Of a stretch of 64,000 nucleotides of DNA, positions 24,501 to 41,400 are shown piece after piece. A program made the position numbers and the translations under genes. The first letter of the stretch is position 1; the number at the start of each line of letters is the position of its first letter. Source of the stretch: Bugula neritina (lineage: Eukaryota > Animalia > Bryozoa); assembly GCA_964035545.1 (NCBI GenBank), contig OZ037767.1:1623680-1687679 (forward strand). Direction: 5' to 3'. Below the pieces are notes generated by a model, which did no database searches, was not told where the DNA came from, and saw only the letters and a program-made list of their open reading frames with translations.

Positions 24501-26619
24501 ACAGCCACCTGAGGTTAGTTAGGGTAGCCTGTAGCCACCTGAGGTTAGTTAGGGTAGTGTATAGCCACATGAGGTTAGTTAGGGTAGTCTGTAGCCACCT
24601 GAGGTTAGTTAGGGTAGTCTGTAGCCGCCTGAGGTTAGTTGGTTAGTATTGCTTAGTAAAAGTCAGACAAGTTTTTTTAAGTTTGATTTAAAATAGGACT
24701 GTTGGGTGCTGATTTCATGCAGTTGAAATGTAGTAGTGATCCGATTCGCTGATCATTATTTAGCGAGTCCACTTTTCGAGGTTCATTTTATTGAGAGGAT
24801 CGATCGAAATTTTAAAATAGAATAATTTGTAACATGTGGCTTAAGATTTGCTTCCCTTGGCAACGTATTGTGTGGGCAGATAACTCCAGAGGCAGTGGAT
24901 TTTAACTACATGTGAAATTCCTCTCTGCTTTGATGCCAAATTCTTACCTGCTGAAATATAAGTTAATGCAATTTCAGGAAATGTCTTCTACTTTGTGTAT
25001 ATAGTTGTATGTACATATATTTGTATATATTTATATATAATATTTGTATATATTTGTCTGTCTACTCGTTATGCATTCTTATAGACTATTTCATGAAATA
25101 TAGGGCATGGCATCCTTTAGAGCTAATGTAAGGCTAGTAGCTGCAGACACTCAAAACAAGAAGATAAAATTAATTGACACCAAGGAAGAAACTGTGACTA
25201 CATTATGTGACGGAAATGGTTAGTCAGAAATAATACCTAAAAGTTGATTTAATTTACGGAATATGATACACGCATGATGCATTTAAAAATAATTATATTA
25301 GCATTTAATTAGTGACAATAATAAAAGTTCAGCTATACAGAAACAATGTTTATTACTAATTATCAATATACATAACTGTTTAAATATATGAAATATAATT
25401 CTAATTTATAAAACTTATTAACATGGTAAATTGTAAAGTGTTGATATGACAGTTAACTGATGCTTCCAGTTTTTACACTTAAGTATCAACAAATTCAACA
25501 AAAATCAAAAAAATTTTATCTATATTTTAAACAAATTTATTAGAAATAGAAAAACTTGCATATATATTTTTTTAAAAAACTGTTGGTGTTATATTCAAAA
25601 ATGTTGGTGTTTAGGAGTCTTCAAGAGTGAGTAACAACTTAAGGTGTAAAAGTGATAGTTTATACTAGTTACCAACTACAATGTAGACCCCATAGCAAAC
25701 TGTTACTATAATATCAACTAATAATGTTTTTGCAAATCTTAAACTCAATATAATATAAACTTTTTAGATGTACTTATAGATATCCAAAAGCTGAATACAT
25801 GCTTTTTGAATAGTTACAGATTATACGAGTAACATTTGTGTGACTCGTTCTTCCTTTAGGGCTTTTTTTAATTAGGTCTGTTTTTTGCACACTGATTGGT
25901 AGATTTTGTTATACTTACTTCAACATGCAGCCGGCTGTGACATCAACACACCTTCATCAGGGCTATTCTCAGAAGATGGAGACTTCCTGTTTAGTGACAA
26001 CGATGCCATCAAAAAATTATCTTGTTCAGGTAACCTACTTCTCTATTACAAGTATCATTTATTTCTCCTCTCAAAGTAAAACACAGGTAAAAGAGAAATG
26101 AATATTTTAATAATTTGCTACAAATTTACCTACGGCTTGCAAAATAAATTTATGCTTTGTAAAATTTACACATATTTCAAACTACTTGTAACATTGTTAT
26201 GTAAGATTTAAGCATATTTTTTACATTGTATTTCAAAAGAAGTTACCGCTACTACCGCTGCCACTACTACCGCTGCCACTACTACCGCTGCCACTACTAC
26301 CGCTGCCACTACTACCGCTGCCACTACTACCGCTGCCACTACTACCGCTGCCACTACTACTACTCCTTCCCAGTTTTTCATACCAGAAATTACTACAAGT
26401 CCAACTAGGAGAACGACCACAGCTAGAGTCTTCAGTGTATTAGGAGACCGTCAGCTAAACTCTATGATGTTGAAGTTACAGGCTCTGAGCTGCAAGGGTC
26501 GACAAATCTTACCTTCCCAAAAGATGTATTCCGACATTCTGTGTTGTATCCACTGTGTCATCCACTCCAACTGCGTGTGTGTAGAAATAGCTGACCAGGA
26601 GTGCTCATTGTTTGACTGA
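21541..26619 (+). CDS. Secreted NHL-repeat (beta-propeller) protein with Thr/Ala-rich linker and C-terminal Cys-rich PAN/apple-like module, about 427 aa
   Basis: Exons 21541-21758, 22082-22230, 23112-23222, 24163-24374, 25104-25218, 25931-26029 and 26240-26619 form one open frame. Signal peptide MFVPAVMILMLLAIDSTSG. NHL-type motifs WAGGCSSSGYVDGTMQNARFN, VAGEGGTSGDTDGTLEESRFN and ADTQNKKIKLID. (TTTAA)x7 linker. C-terminus CCIHCVIHSNCVCVEIADQECSLFD. Confidence 0.75.
22243..22572. repeat. 7-bp satellite (cacctga/cacctag)n
   Basis: Starts about 12 bp after the NHL exon 2 donor and decays distally. Confidence 0.92.
24396..24645. repeat. 30-bp minisatellite x8 (cctgaggttagttagggtagtctgtagcca)
   Basis: Copies every 30 bp from 24418 to 24628 plus a degenerate copy at 24396, about 20 bp after the exon 4 donor. 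Confidence 0.95.
26245..26362 (+). repeat. Coding 15-bp repeat x7 (actactaccgctgcc, TTTAA)
   Basis: In frame in the last exon of the NHL gene. Confidence 0.9.
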
Positions 26620-29600
26620 CTTTGGCCCCTAATCTTATAGTACTGTATTCCAATCCTTATTGTTTTACAATAGGGGCCCCTAACTGTTCACCCCACTCTT
26701 TGTTGTTTGATGCTATGAGTTCCTAGCCTAATGTTATTGTCATTGCTGTTTGTCAAGTTGCCATACAGATTGTATTTCTCAGCATGTTTTATACATATGA
26801 CAGAATATGGCATACAATTTTAATAAATTGTTCTTATAAATTGAAACACTATGTATACATGTAGCTGTATAAATTGAGGTAATGTTATGTAGCTATGTTA
26901 TAATGCATGCATGTCAATATGATCACACACTACCACATAGATATTACAATATGTCTGTTTTTGATTGAGCAAAGCATTGATTAGGTAGCAGTGGTCGTAT
27001 ATTGTTTTAACTGGTAAATTCTATTTCATCAACTTTATTATTTGTGAATAGACCGACTTACAAACTCTTATGAAATTGATAACCAATGATTCATAAAATA
27101 TATTTGTAACCACAAGGTGAGATTATTGCGATACATGAAATAATATTGCATAATGTTCATGACAAGTGTTTGTAGTACAATTATGTATCAGTGTTTATAT
27201 TATCTAATATTTTGATGTTTCTGTCCGGTGTTCAGTTTATGTAGTTATATAATTTGTAAACTATATAACGGTATTTTTATTATGCAGAGTATATAAGAGC
27301 ATCAGATTTAATAAAAACCTGCGTACACATAAACATTATGTTAGGCAACTTCATGATATAAATAAGTACAACCTTTGACCTATGATTCTACGCTGCAATG
27401 CGTAGCTGGATGATAGTGTATCACTATTGCACATGTTTCTAGTACATTGTAGTATACCAATGAGCTATATGTTGGGGAATTCCAGTTACTATGGAAACAG
27501 TTAGCAGAATCCTCTAGAAAATGAAGGTTAATGTCAACACACTGTACTTGTAGTCAAATATAAAGTGCAACAAAAGTCACTATTAATTGTATTCAATTAT
27601 ACCAAGTGTTGCAAAATTCAACCAGATAGTCTTTGAAATTACTTGCTTATCATTATTATACATTTTCCTCTGATGTAGTTACGGGTTTTGACCCAGAAGC
27701 CTTAAATGTATCTCATTTTGCTAACAAATATTTAGTGGAACTTATCCAAATCATTATCCAGAGCATGCTTGTATAGTAGGCCTATACACCCTCAAGTTTG
27801 ATTAACTATCATGGTATAGTTATATACATGTAACCATCATGATATATTATTATAATGGAATATAATTATCATGGTATAATATATCATCATATTAATTCCG
27901 ATATTTTATCCTAATTGATACATACTCTGCTAGTAAAGAAATTATCAGTTTCATGAGCTTCCGTTAAATTAGACTGCTATTAGCTAAGAAAAGCAGTATG
28001 CAACTGAAAGCCGTATTGCCAGCAAACTGTTCACAGTTGGACACAAGATGGGAGTTATAGACTAAAAATAAAATAGTTGGGTGTGTCATTTTATTTAAGA
28101 TACACCTTTAATGTCAAAGGGAATAGCTTTTCTAGCTTTTGATAAGCTGCAATATGTTGAAATAACAAACAGATTATCCAGTAAATATCTAAAATGTGAG
28201 CGACGGGAAAGTTGACCGTTTCCCAAAATTACTAACAACTACGCTCAACAACATAACTTTGTACATAAAAGTTTTGAACATTTCAAAGTAAATTAACCCA
28301 AATACTTATTTGTAAAACTTATTTATTTTATGCAGCTTATGGTAATGAACAGAAAAAGACCATTTTTTAGCCGGTAAGAAAATTGAGTTGTTAGTACCCT
28401 TTGCATATTAAATAGAGCAATGTAATCATATTCCACTATACCATGTGATACACTGTATACATCATATAATATGCAATATGCATATAGTACATGATATTAG
28501 TAGTGTGACAGCCTAAATAAGCGCTACTACATACATATCATACAGGGTATAACTAAAGAGGAAATGGTGTCACACACATTTTTGTAGCATGCTCTTTTTA
28601 ATAAACATTTACTCTTTAGAATTGCTTGCATTTATATAATTCTTACCAACATTTTCAAAAACCCCAGTATGGAATAAATTAATGTAAACCATAATTTTAC
28701 ACGAACTGAAATGTAGTGTGAAGCTTGTTATAATGTTGGGAAATCCCAAAGTTAGTTCGACGAAGTTGGGAAATACTTTCATCATGCCACGCAATTCAGC
28801 TCATGCGGGATGGTACTTTAAAACAACAATGAACAAGCAAAAATTTATAGAATAAAATGGACTATCAACTGCGCACGGGTGTAATGATTTAATTGCGCAA
28901 TAGATAAAGCTAACAGTCCGTGAATCACAGCGTGACCTCATTGAACTGTATCGGAACGTTTATAATGACCAGAATGAGGTCTGTACTTATCAGTTACCTA
29001 GTAGCTGGTGTGATAGGAGAGTCAAACCACCAGGATAGTTGATGCAGTATTTGGTAAGTAACTTTAATAAAAACAATGACAATGTGTCTATCTTTCATAG
29101 TCGAGATTTTTACATTCCATTACAAAATTTTAAACGGAGGATCATAAGATGAATGATAGTTGTGTTCTAAAACCATTTCCAATTCTTGAAAGTAGATACA
29201 GCACAGTTGTGCAGAGAAAGCACAACTGCAAATAAAAATAATTTAGATTCTACATTATAAAATGGTTATTAGGTTTAAGGTGTAGTTTACGTAATATCCC
29301 AATGAACAAGATATACTTTATATATAATTCATATAGTATTAAATGATAAACTATGTTAATACATCCATGAACTATGAGGAAAACAGAGAACATGTGTAAT
29401 GGTTAGGGGAAGTATACCCCCAGTACCCCCTGCTAAACATAACTCAATAGATTATAGTCAGGAACGGCAACTCCAAGTCATGCCGTATCTCCATGCGGTG
29501 CCATACCAGTAAGCAACTGCAGACGACACCGCCGGAATCTTGTGTCGTCCAATCAGGATCGACTACATGTATATAAGCAATGCCTTCCGGCACCCACAGA

Positions 29601-29747
29601 CAGTGTTAGTAGCTACTAGGATAACTATGTGTAATTGCTTCAATTATTGTATATTTTCTCTTTTATATGTATCATACTTTTATCGTGTGTAATTGATTCA
29701 ATACAGTTCTCTCGTTCCATGATCAACTCGTTTGGTCCTTCACATAA

Positions 29748-30170
29748 GGGTCATTTTACTTAATTTAATAGACACTGGATATCTTCAGTTTTTAGTTATT
29801 TTTCATCATTTAACTGCTACTGGACATGGGTTTTTGATCAAAACTAGTAAAACACTAATATATATACACCTAAATAATCAAAGTTCTTTTTCATTTCGCT
29901 TCATTTCCCATGTTTTTTCCTAATTATTCAGCTACTTTTGGTTGCGGACCGCTACGGTTTTTTCCGTAACTATCTGCACTCCTAATAAGCTAAATAAATA
30001 AGAAAATACATGGGAAATCAAGCAAAATTAAGAAGAACTTTAATTAATCTGGTGTATTTATTGGTGTTTTATTAGTTTTGGGTAAAAAGCCATGGTCATT
30101 ACCATTTAAATTGTGAAAAATAGCTAAAGACTGAAGATTTCACTGTGTACTAAACTAAGTACAATGACCC
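29748..30170. mobile_element. MITE with long (about 190 bp) imperfect TIRs
   Basis: gggtcattttacttaattta... versus ...taaactaagtacaatgaccc; the arms stay complementary inward to about 29933/29988; ATAA on both flanks. Confidence 0.8.
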
Positions 30171-32247
30171 ATAACCTCACTGTGGATATGCAGTAACACC
30201 CAATCTAGTAGTGCACAAAACTACAACACATACTTGTAGAGCATGGCTAGATTTGGGAGAAGTGGACAATGCTTTAATAAATGACAACAGGGAGCATTGG
30301 ACCCATAAGTTGAGGCGACAGAGTGTGTTTTCTTACAATAAATTTACTGAAATATAACTCCAGCTCTAGTTCAATCAATGTACATCATTTTTAGAAGCTT
30401 TACAATTTTAGCAGAGTTGTAATTAAACCACTTAACGCCTGATACAATTCTGAAAGTGTATAGTTTATATCAAATCTTCACACTAGGCCTGGCAGCTTTC
30501 AATGTCTTTTATGTAAGCTAGCTAGATACTACTAATTATTAAACTAAATTATGAAAAGATGAAAGAAGTTAGGTTTACTTTTTACAAAAAGTGTTCCATT
30601 ACATAATTCTGTTAAATTATTGAAACACAGTAACTTAAACAAAAACACTGTAAAATTATTTTTACAGCAGTACATGCAAGCACTTATTTGAAACAATATA
30701 TTAAAGAGTTATCTTCTTAATTTTTTAGGCCGTGTTTACTTACTGCGTAGTAACTTTCCGCTTAGCAAATCATAGCATGCGATCTATTGGCCCTTTACGG
30801 TTAGCCATCTTTTCCAGCTCAGTGCGGTTAACCGTTTGAGATTTGTGATAGTCATAATCAGAGTCCCTAAGCTAAAAGCAAATAGGACATTTTCACTTTA
30901 GCAGATCTGGATTATTATTATAATTATTACCACTTTAAAAATATAAATATAAATATTCACGGTTATAATACTTTGTGATTGCTACTTGAACTTATACTTA
31001 TAATTTTTACTTATTTCCGTTAGTAATATTATTAATAGTATTAATACTATCAATATGCGTTATAATTTATATTGTTGTTTTATAGTCTTACAGTTACAGT
31101 AACAGTGACTGTTAGTGTTAGTGTTAGAGTTACTGTTAGTGTTACTCTTAGATATACTTTAACATTTAGTTTTAGTATAAGTTTAACTTTAGTTTATAAG
31201 TATTACTATTAGTATTGCATCTAGTTTTACCGTCGCACTCACAGTTTAAGTTACACTTACGCTTTACAGTTACTGATAGTGATAGTGTTACCGTTAGTGA
31301 CTGCAACTGACACTGTTGCCGTTAGCGGTTAGTGTTACACTTACTGTTACAAATGAAAATACCACCAATATCACAATGATTATCACGATGATTTTAATCA
31401 ATATCAATCCTATAGCCATAAATCTATTCGCATTGTGATTTTCACTTAGATTAATTCATTATAATTATTGGTTAGTGTATTAATTGTCTCGGAGTATGAC
31501 TAGTCATAGATCTTCATTATTATTATAAATAATATAATGATTGCGGCTATAATATTGATTCTCATTTTCATTGGTTTTTATTGTGATTATCATTAGGATT
31601 ATTAGTCTGTGTATCAAATTCAATGTGTGGTATCCCAATCCATGACTGTGAAAAAAATAATCAGTAGTGATTCTCAATGTCATTTATCATTATGATTTTC
31701 AATCTTTCAATTAAATTTGAATTAAAATAGTTTTATTCAATTCTTGAATACCGCTACTGTGGAATAAAATAGTTTGTTAAGTTTACTGCTGCCATTTAAT
31801 ATTTAATTACTCACCATTGATTTATTGAGTACTTATGTGAAGACAGCTGTGGGATATTTGTCCTAGTCATGTGACACCAAGGGGTTCCAATAACATTAAC
31901 GGAAACTTTAAAACATGAGTTTTCTTTGAAATTTTAAGGAATTTTTTAAAATTTTAAAAAGGTTTTTAGCCCTTCAACATGTACAATGACAAATGTTTAA
32001 ATAGTAAGTCCACTACTCTAATAAGTGTAACCAGCTACAAGCTATATAATTTATATCTACATAAATATTAAACACAATACACCTTGAATGTCAAACTATT
32101 ACTAAATATAAAAAGCCATAAATTTTGCTGCTCAAGGATTTAGCATAATGTCTGTAAAAAATGAAAAAAGCTGTAACTAACAAGCACTCTACGTAGTACC
32201 ACAACTCTCTATTCAAGTTTAGTTTATTTTATTTATTTTTAGATAAG

Positions 32248-36088
<3,841 letters not shown>

Positions 36089-36459
36089 CACCCGTCGGTT
36101 TCCTGGAGCACAGGCTACCTGAAATAAGAACCTCATCTCCTCGTATAACTATGAGTCCAAAGTCTACCCAAAGCATCTGAGTACATTGTGTATAGTGTAT
36201 TCTTCATCTACATATATACATGTAGATTCTACTATGTATATCTTAATTGACTAGGAGGTGTTGATATCAGTTTGTAACTTTCTTATCAAACTGGTTAGAA
36301 AATGCTTGCAAAGAACTTAGTTTAACAATCGACTATAATTAATTCAGCCAAGTTGATGATAACATAACAGTTGATGATGCTTGTGCTGTGTTAGTTACGT
36401 ATCATATTCTGTTTTCACACATCTCGGAGCATAGCTTTACTCAGTCAGTCATTTTCTAC

Positions 36460-36670
36460 TCTCTGACTCACTCACTCACTCACTCACTGACTAACTCACT
36501 CATTGACTCACTCACTGACTAACTGAATAACTAACTCACTCACTGACTGGGTAACTCACTCCTTCACTGTCTAACTCACCGACTCACTCACTAATACACT
36601 CCCTGACTCACTAATTCACTCACTGACTAACTGGCTAGCTTACTCACTCACCAACTCACTCACTGACTCG
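36460..36670. repeat. Degenerate (ACTC/ACTG/ACTA)n tetranucleotide tract
   Basis: Visible 4-bp periodicity. Confidence 0.85.
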
Positions 36671-36925
36671 CATGCATTGGCTTACTTTCTGTCTGTAGTT
36701 GCGTTAAAATGTCGTGTGTGTGTGTGTGTATTGTTATCTTTGACTAACGTTCTTGTACATTACTTAATGTTACGAAGCAGCTACATATGTGCCAATCAAT
36801 AGAATTGCTCATTACCATGTTTTGCTGTGCAAGGTTCGGCACTACTGATAGTGTACAGCATTTTAGAACCAGTAGACACCACACGTCTTTTTGGTCTCAC
36901 TTCACTGTGTTATTTTTAGCAGTAT

Positions 36926-37408
36926 GATCATTTTACTTAATTTAGTACACATCAGCCAACTATGATCAAAAATTAAAGTTTGCTCAAATTTTCTTATAAA
37001 TTTACTCTATGGGGTTAAATGGGGTAAATTTACGTGCTGATTCTAACTATGCATAGCAAAAAAGGCTGGGAGGAAGTTCTGTAACATCAAAGTGCAACGT
37101 CATTGTCATATGAACTAAATCAATATGTGCGACCTATTTCATCACGCCACACATGCCAATTTACTAAAAAATTTTGGGAAAAAAGCATAGAGACTCAAAC
37201 AAAATTATACCAAACTGTGATTATTCAGCTGTAGGCTATTTGTTACTATTTTTTATTTTAGGGCAAGAAACCATTTTTTTTCCCATCTATCTCCGCTTCG
37301 TCCTGTTAGGATAGCGGGACAAGAAACCATTTATATTATCAGTTAAATTGTGAAAAGTAGCTAAAAATCAGAGATCTCAAGTGTGTACTAAATTAAGTAA
37401 AATGACTC
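36926..37408. mobile_element. Second MITE related to the 29748-30170 element
   Basis: Ends gatcattttacttaatttagtacaca / tgtgtactaaattaagtaaaatgactc. The right about 80 bp aligns with the right arm of the 29.7-kb element. Confidence 0.65.
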
Positions 37409-38437
37409 AATATTGGACTTTATCAACTTTCTATTATATTTCATAATCAAAAAAACTCAAAACTTGTATTTTGTTTGCCAGATATTCAATCCTACTTTGA
37501 TATTTCTACTTACATAATATGTCAGTACTATCAGTTATATTTTACTTAGCTATATAAAATCTCTAGTTTTTTCATTCAAAAATTGTCTTAATTTAAATAT
37601 ACTTCAAATAAAAAGAAATGCAAACTGCACAGCAAACTAGAAAGAAATTTTTTTCTGAATATGTTGCAATTTTACGATTTATATTTTAATATGCAATAGC
37701 AATAATGTTGAGCTGCTTTGGGAAATTTATGTATATAACTTACTATAAATATGGTGTGTTCTATTTTATTTTTTGTAATATAAATTATAAACAATTGACC
37801 TTCAGAATTAAAAAATGAATAAAATAAGGAAAATCAGTAACATGACGAATACAGTTAACAATTAAAATGGTTTCCTTTTGACAGATGAAATGAAAACCTG
37901 CATCTGAGAAGGCTGGCTATCTCGGGATATTTTAACCCTCTTGAGAAATTACTACCAGTTGTGTATCAGACATACATGTTTCTTTAGGTTCAGGCAGCAC
38001 CTACGGCTGATGCCGATTGCGTGTGGAAAAGCTGAATAAACACTGAAGAGTTTCATTTTCTGACTCATTAGAACCTTAAAATTTGGCAAGTCTTACTATA
38101 AAAACATGTACTTATCCACAAATAAAGTTATATAAACTAGGCTATGCACAACCTTGGTACATTGAACTTATCTGTAAATTTACATTTGCCTATGAAGCCT
38201 AGGTTAAACAAGAACAGCAATGAAGTAACAAATGTAAAGTGATTATAGATAATGAATTAATCCAACATAATTTTAACATGTGAGCCTTAACTTGTACAAA
38301 TCAAAGTCAAAACCTATTCTAATAGCGTTCAACAGAATTTGTTTGAGACGCATCACACACTTTTCAACCTGATCGAAGCACTCTAGTCTATGGTGAACGC
38401 CAGCTTCTCATTGGACACTGTGGTGAATGCTGGCTTC

Positions 38438-41400
38438 TCATTGGACATCAGAATTTCTTTTCCTGTGAAGGCTGTGTCTGTGGAACCAGATGTAAGAAGA
38501 TATGAGGACGATTAGTATGACTCCGACGATACCATAATTAGCAGCTATCACTCCCGCCAGCTCCACCGGAGTCTCCCCAGCTTCCACCAACACCGCAAAT
38601 GTAGCAGTCAGATCACAAAAACTGCAAGTAAAGCGTCATATTACAAGACCTCTAGCGATAGAAACACAGTCTAGTATTCTCCATCAGCTCACATGACATT
38701 GTGACCATTAGCTTGTGTTCCACAGTTATTGATTATATTGACATCATTTACAGGAAACTCAAACAAGAAGTAACTTATTTAGAGAAATAACTTCCTGTTA
38801 TCCAGAGTTTTACAATGCCTCAGATGAAAGACATCGGAGGGGGTGGTAGACATTAGAACATATGCTGACCTATAGTCTAAGTCCACAACTCTCGCTTTCA
38901 ACACATAGAGTGCCTGGTAACTGTGGTGAAAGTATATTTGATTGGCTCCTGAATGGTTTAGAACTTCATAATTCAGCTCATGAACATGTCCGTCGTCTTC
39001 TGCATGAGACGGGTCAATAGAAAAACATGACTCATAGTTGTTAGCTGTCCAAATTTGGTCGGGTGGTAGTGAGTAGTTGGCTGTTTCCCTGTAACACGGG
39101 AAAATATGAGGTTGATCATGTGACCAGTTTACAGAGTGGGGATCATTCCTACTTGTAGATGAAGCAGAGAAAGTTAGAACACTGCTGGTCGTTGATGGCA
39201 TCACTTTTAAGATGACTTGTGTAAGTCTATGATTCTAGCCAATAGGCAACGGCGACACAAGTTGGTTTAAATACAGCCAATCAACTCACAGACACTGATA
39301 AACGTACTCTCACCTCATGTGAGACCAGGTCTGAGCCGGTCTGAGACAATTGACGTCTTCAATGCTACGAGTAAAACTGTAATCTATTTCACCTTTGATG
39401 TCCCACACTATAAAGTTAGCGTCTATCAGTTTAATGAACTTGTTGTGGTCGTAGAGCTCAAGAACTGGTTTATATTGATAAATATTACTGCGCAACAGAA
39501 CAGTGCAACCGATCTCTACAAAATATATGCAACATCTATGTCTCTGATAACAGCTACACATTTCTATGTCTCTGATAGCAGCTACACGTATCTATGGTAC
39601 CTTCTGTGTTTATGTAGAAAGTTTTATCATAATCAGCGATCTCTCCCGTAGTGAGATTTCTCCATCTTCCAGACTTCACCAACACTTCATTGTCGGGATA
39701 GTATTCCGTCAAGTTAACACAACTCTAAATCAGAACAAACATTTGCGATTTCTTTGGCTTATGATAGCTGCTCAACCAGCAATGAAGAAACTTTTACAAT
39801 AAAATAAATAAATGTTACATAAGGATCAAAGCATTTACTAAAAACATTTAGAAAATTTGACAGTTTTTGATTATTATGGATATAAAGAACAATCTTATTG
39901 TTGCAACAATCAAATGAAACTAAAAAAACTGCTTTTGTTGCATTCCATAAGAAATTACTTGGAGACAAGCCTGTAACTAGATTTTTCTATGTACTCTAAA
40001 GTAGAACTATGAGCTGAAGTAGACTTACAGTTGTGTCTGGTGTACGTACTCTCATATGGCGCCCAGCTGGACAGCCAATAGAAAGGTAAGTTATTGCATT
40101 GTTAGGCTCTGGACACAAGAGGTTAGCGTGGTGAGGTCTCAGCTCTATTAGTGCTGTGCCGGTCTTATCTTCTTCCTCTGCATCTAAACTCTTCTTGTTG
40201 GCAATCGTAATTGTCTGCCCAACAGAAAATAGTAGAGTGTGTGTTAGAGGGTGTTATGTGAGTGTGTTGTGTATGTGTGTGTTGTGTGAGTGTGTTATGT
40301 GAGTGTGTGTATGTGGTGTGCGTTCAGAAGCGGCGCAAAATAAGCAACTTGTTAAAACTCAAAAATTAAATGTGAAATTATGTTCAGCCACTTCAATTAA
40401 GGATTTACAGTTACTCAATCTCTAACATTATTTATACGGCATGATCATTTATGTGAAAGACTACTGATTGACACCAACCAAAGTTTGGCCGGACATCTCG
40501 CGATACTGCTCTCTATCTATCACACTCGTGTACTGCATTACATCACCCATATCACTGATGATCAGGTCTAGCGAGTTGGGCTTTGATTCGGGAAAGATCA
40601 GACGACCCCAGATTGTTAATTTTTCTCCTTTGTCCAATTGATACACCTGTAGAGAAATTCAATATGAGCATGATGCTTATCTCTATATAAGCATTCATGT
40701 GTGCATATATGCTAACATGCTTATTAGCATTTCCTAACATGCATAAGCACATGTAAAGCGTTTATTAGCATAAAATATGAAATCATATAATAGCCTAGAT
40801 TTTTCTCTGGGATACGTTGGCCATTTCTATATATTTACTGCAAACCACCACAAACTGCTTGACTACAAATTGGGGAGCACAGACTACTGAGTGTCAACTA
40901 TGCTATTAACTTAAGTTCTCATTACCATACTGAGTAATACTTGGTATGCAGTCTATTTAAAAAGAAATAATTTGGAGTTGTGTCAACTTGACTGATTTCT
41001 AACCAGCACTTGAATGGTGATTATTAAAGCTGAACTGTGGAGAAATTATTTAGCCTGTGTATCAGCTAGTCATAATCAAACTGCAAGGTTCTAGAACTTG
41101 CTATTATGCTCCACTAACTGATGTCAATACAATTAGATTATGCAGCAACCAATTTAAGCCCAATCACTGTGCTGATTAAATTGGCAAACTTCCAGAACAT
41201 TTCAAAAGCTAATAATATCATTTATTAACATTTGTAACAGAATAGAAATAAAAACCAATAAAGGAGTTAGTCAATTATACAGCTTATTATTTCCTTAAAA
41301 AGTTGACTATTTAATTCAAAGAACTCATGCTATTATTAGTAGAGTATGAGCTTGCATATTTGAGCAGCGGCCATATTGCAGTATTGAGCTTGAACTATTG

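Noticed and set aside
26208-26420. Poly-VVVAA (minus) and CHYYR (plus) ORFs
   Set aside because: Alternative frames of the coding TTTAA repeat in the NHL gene.
38779-40646. Separate gene downstream of the caspase
   Set aside because: The peptides match the C-terminal third of CatSper-epsilon and splice in phase to the exons at 44.8-50.3 kb.
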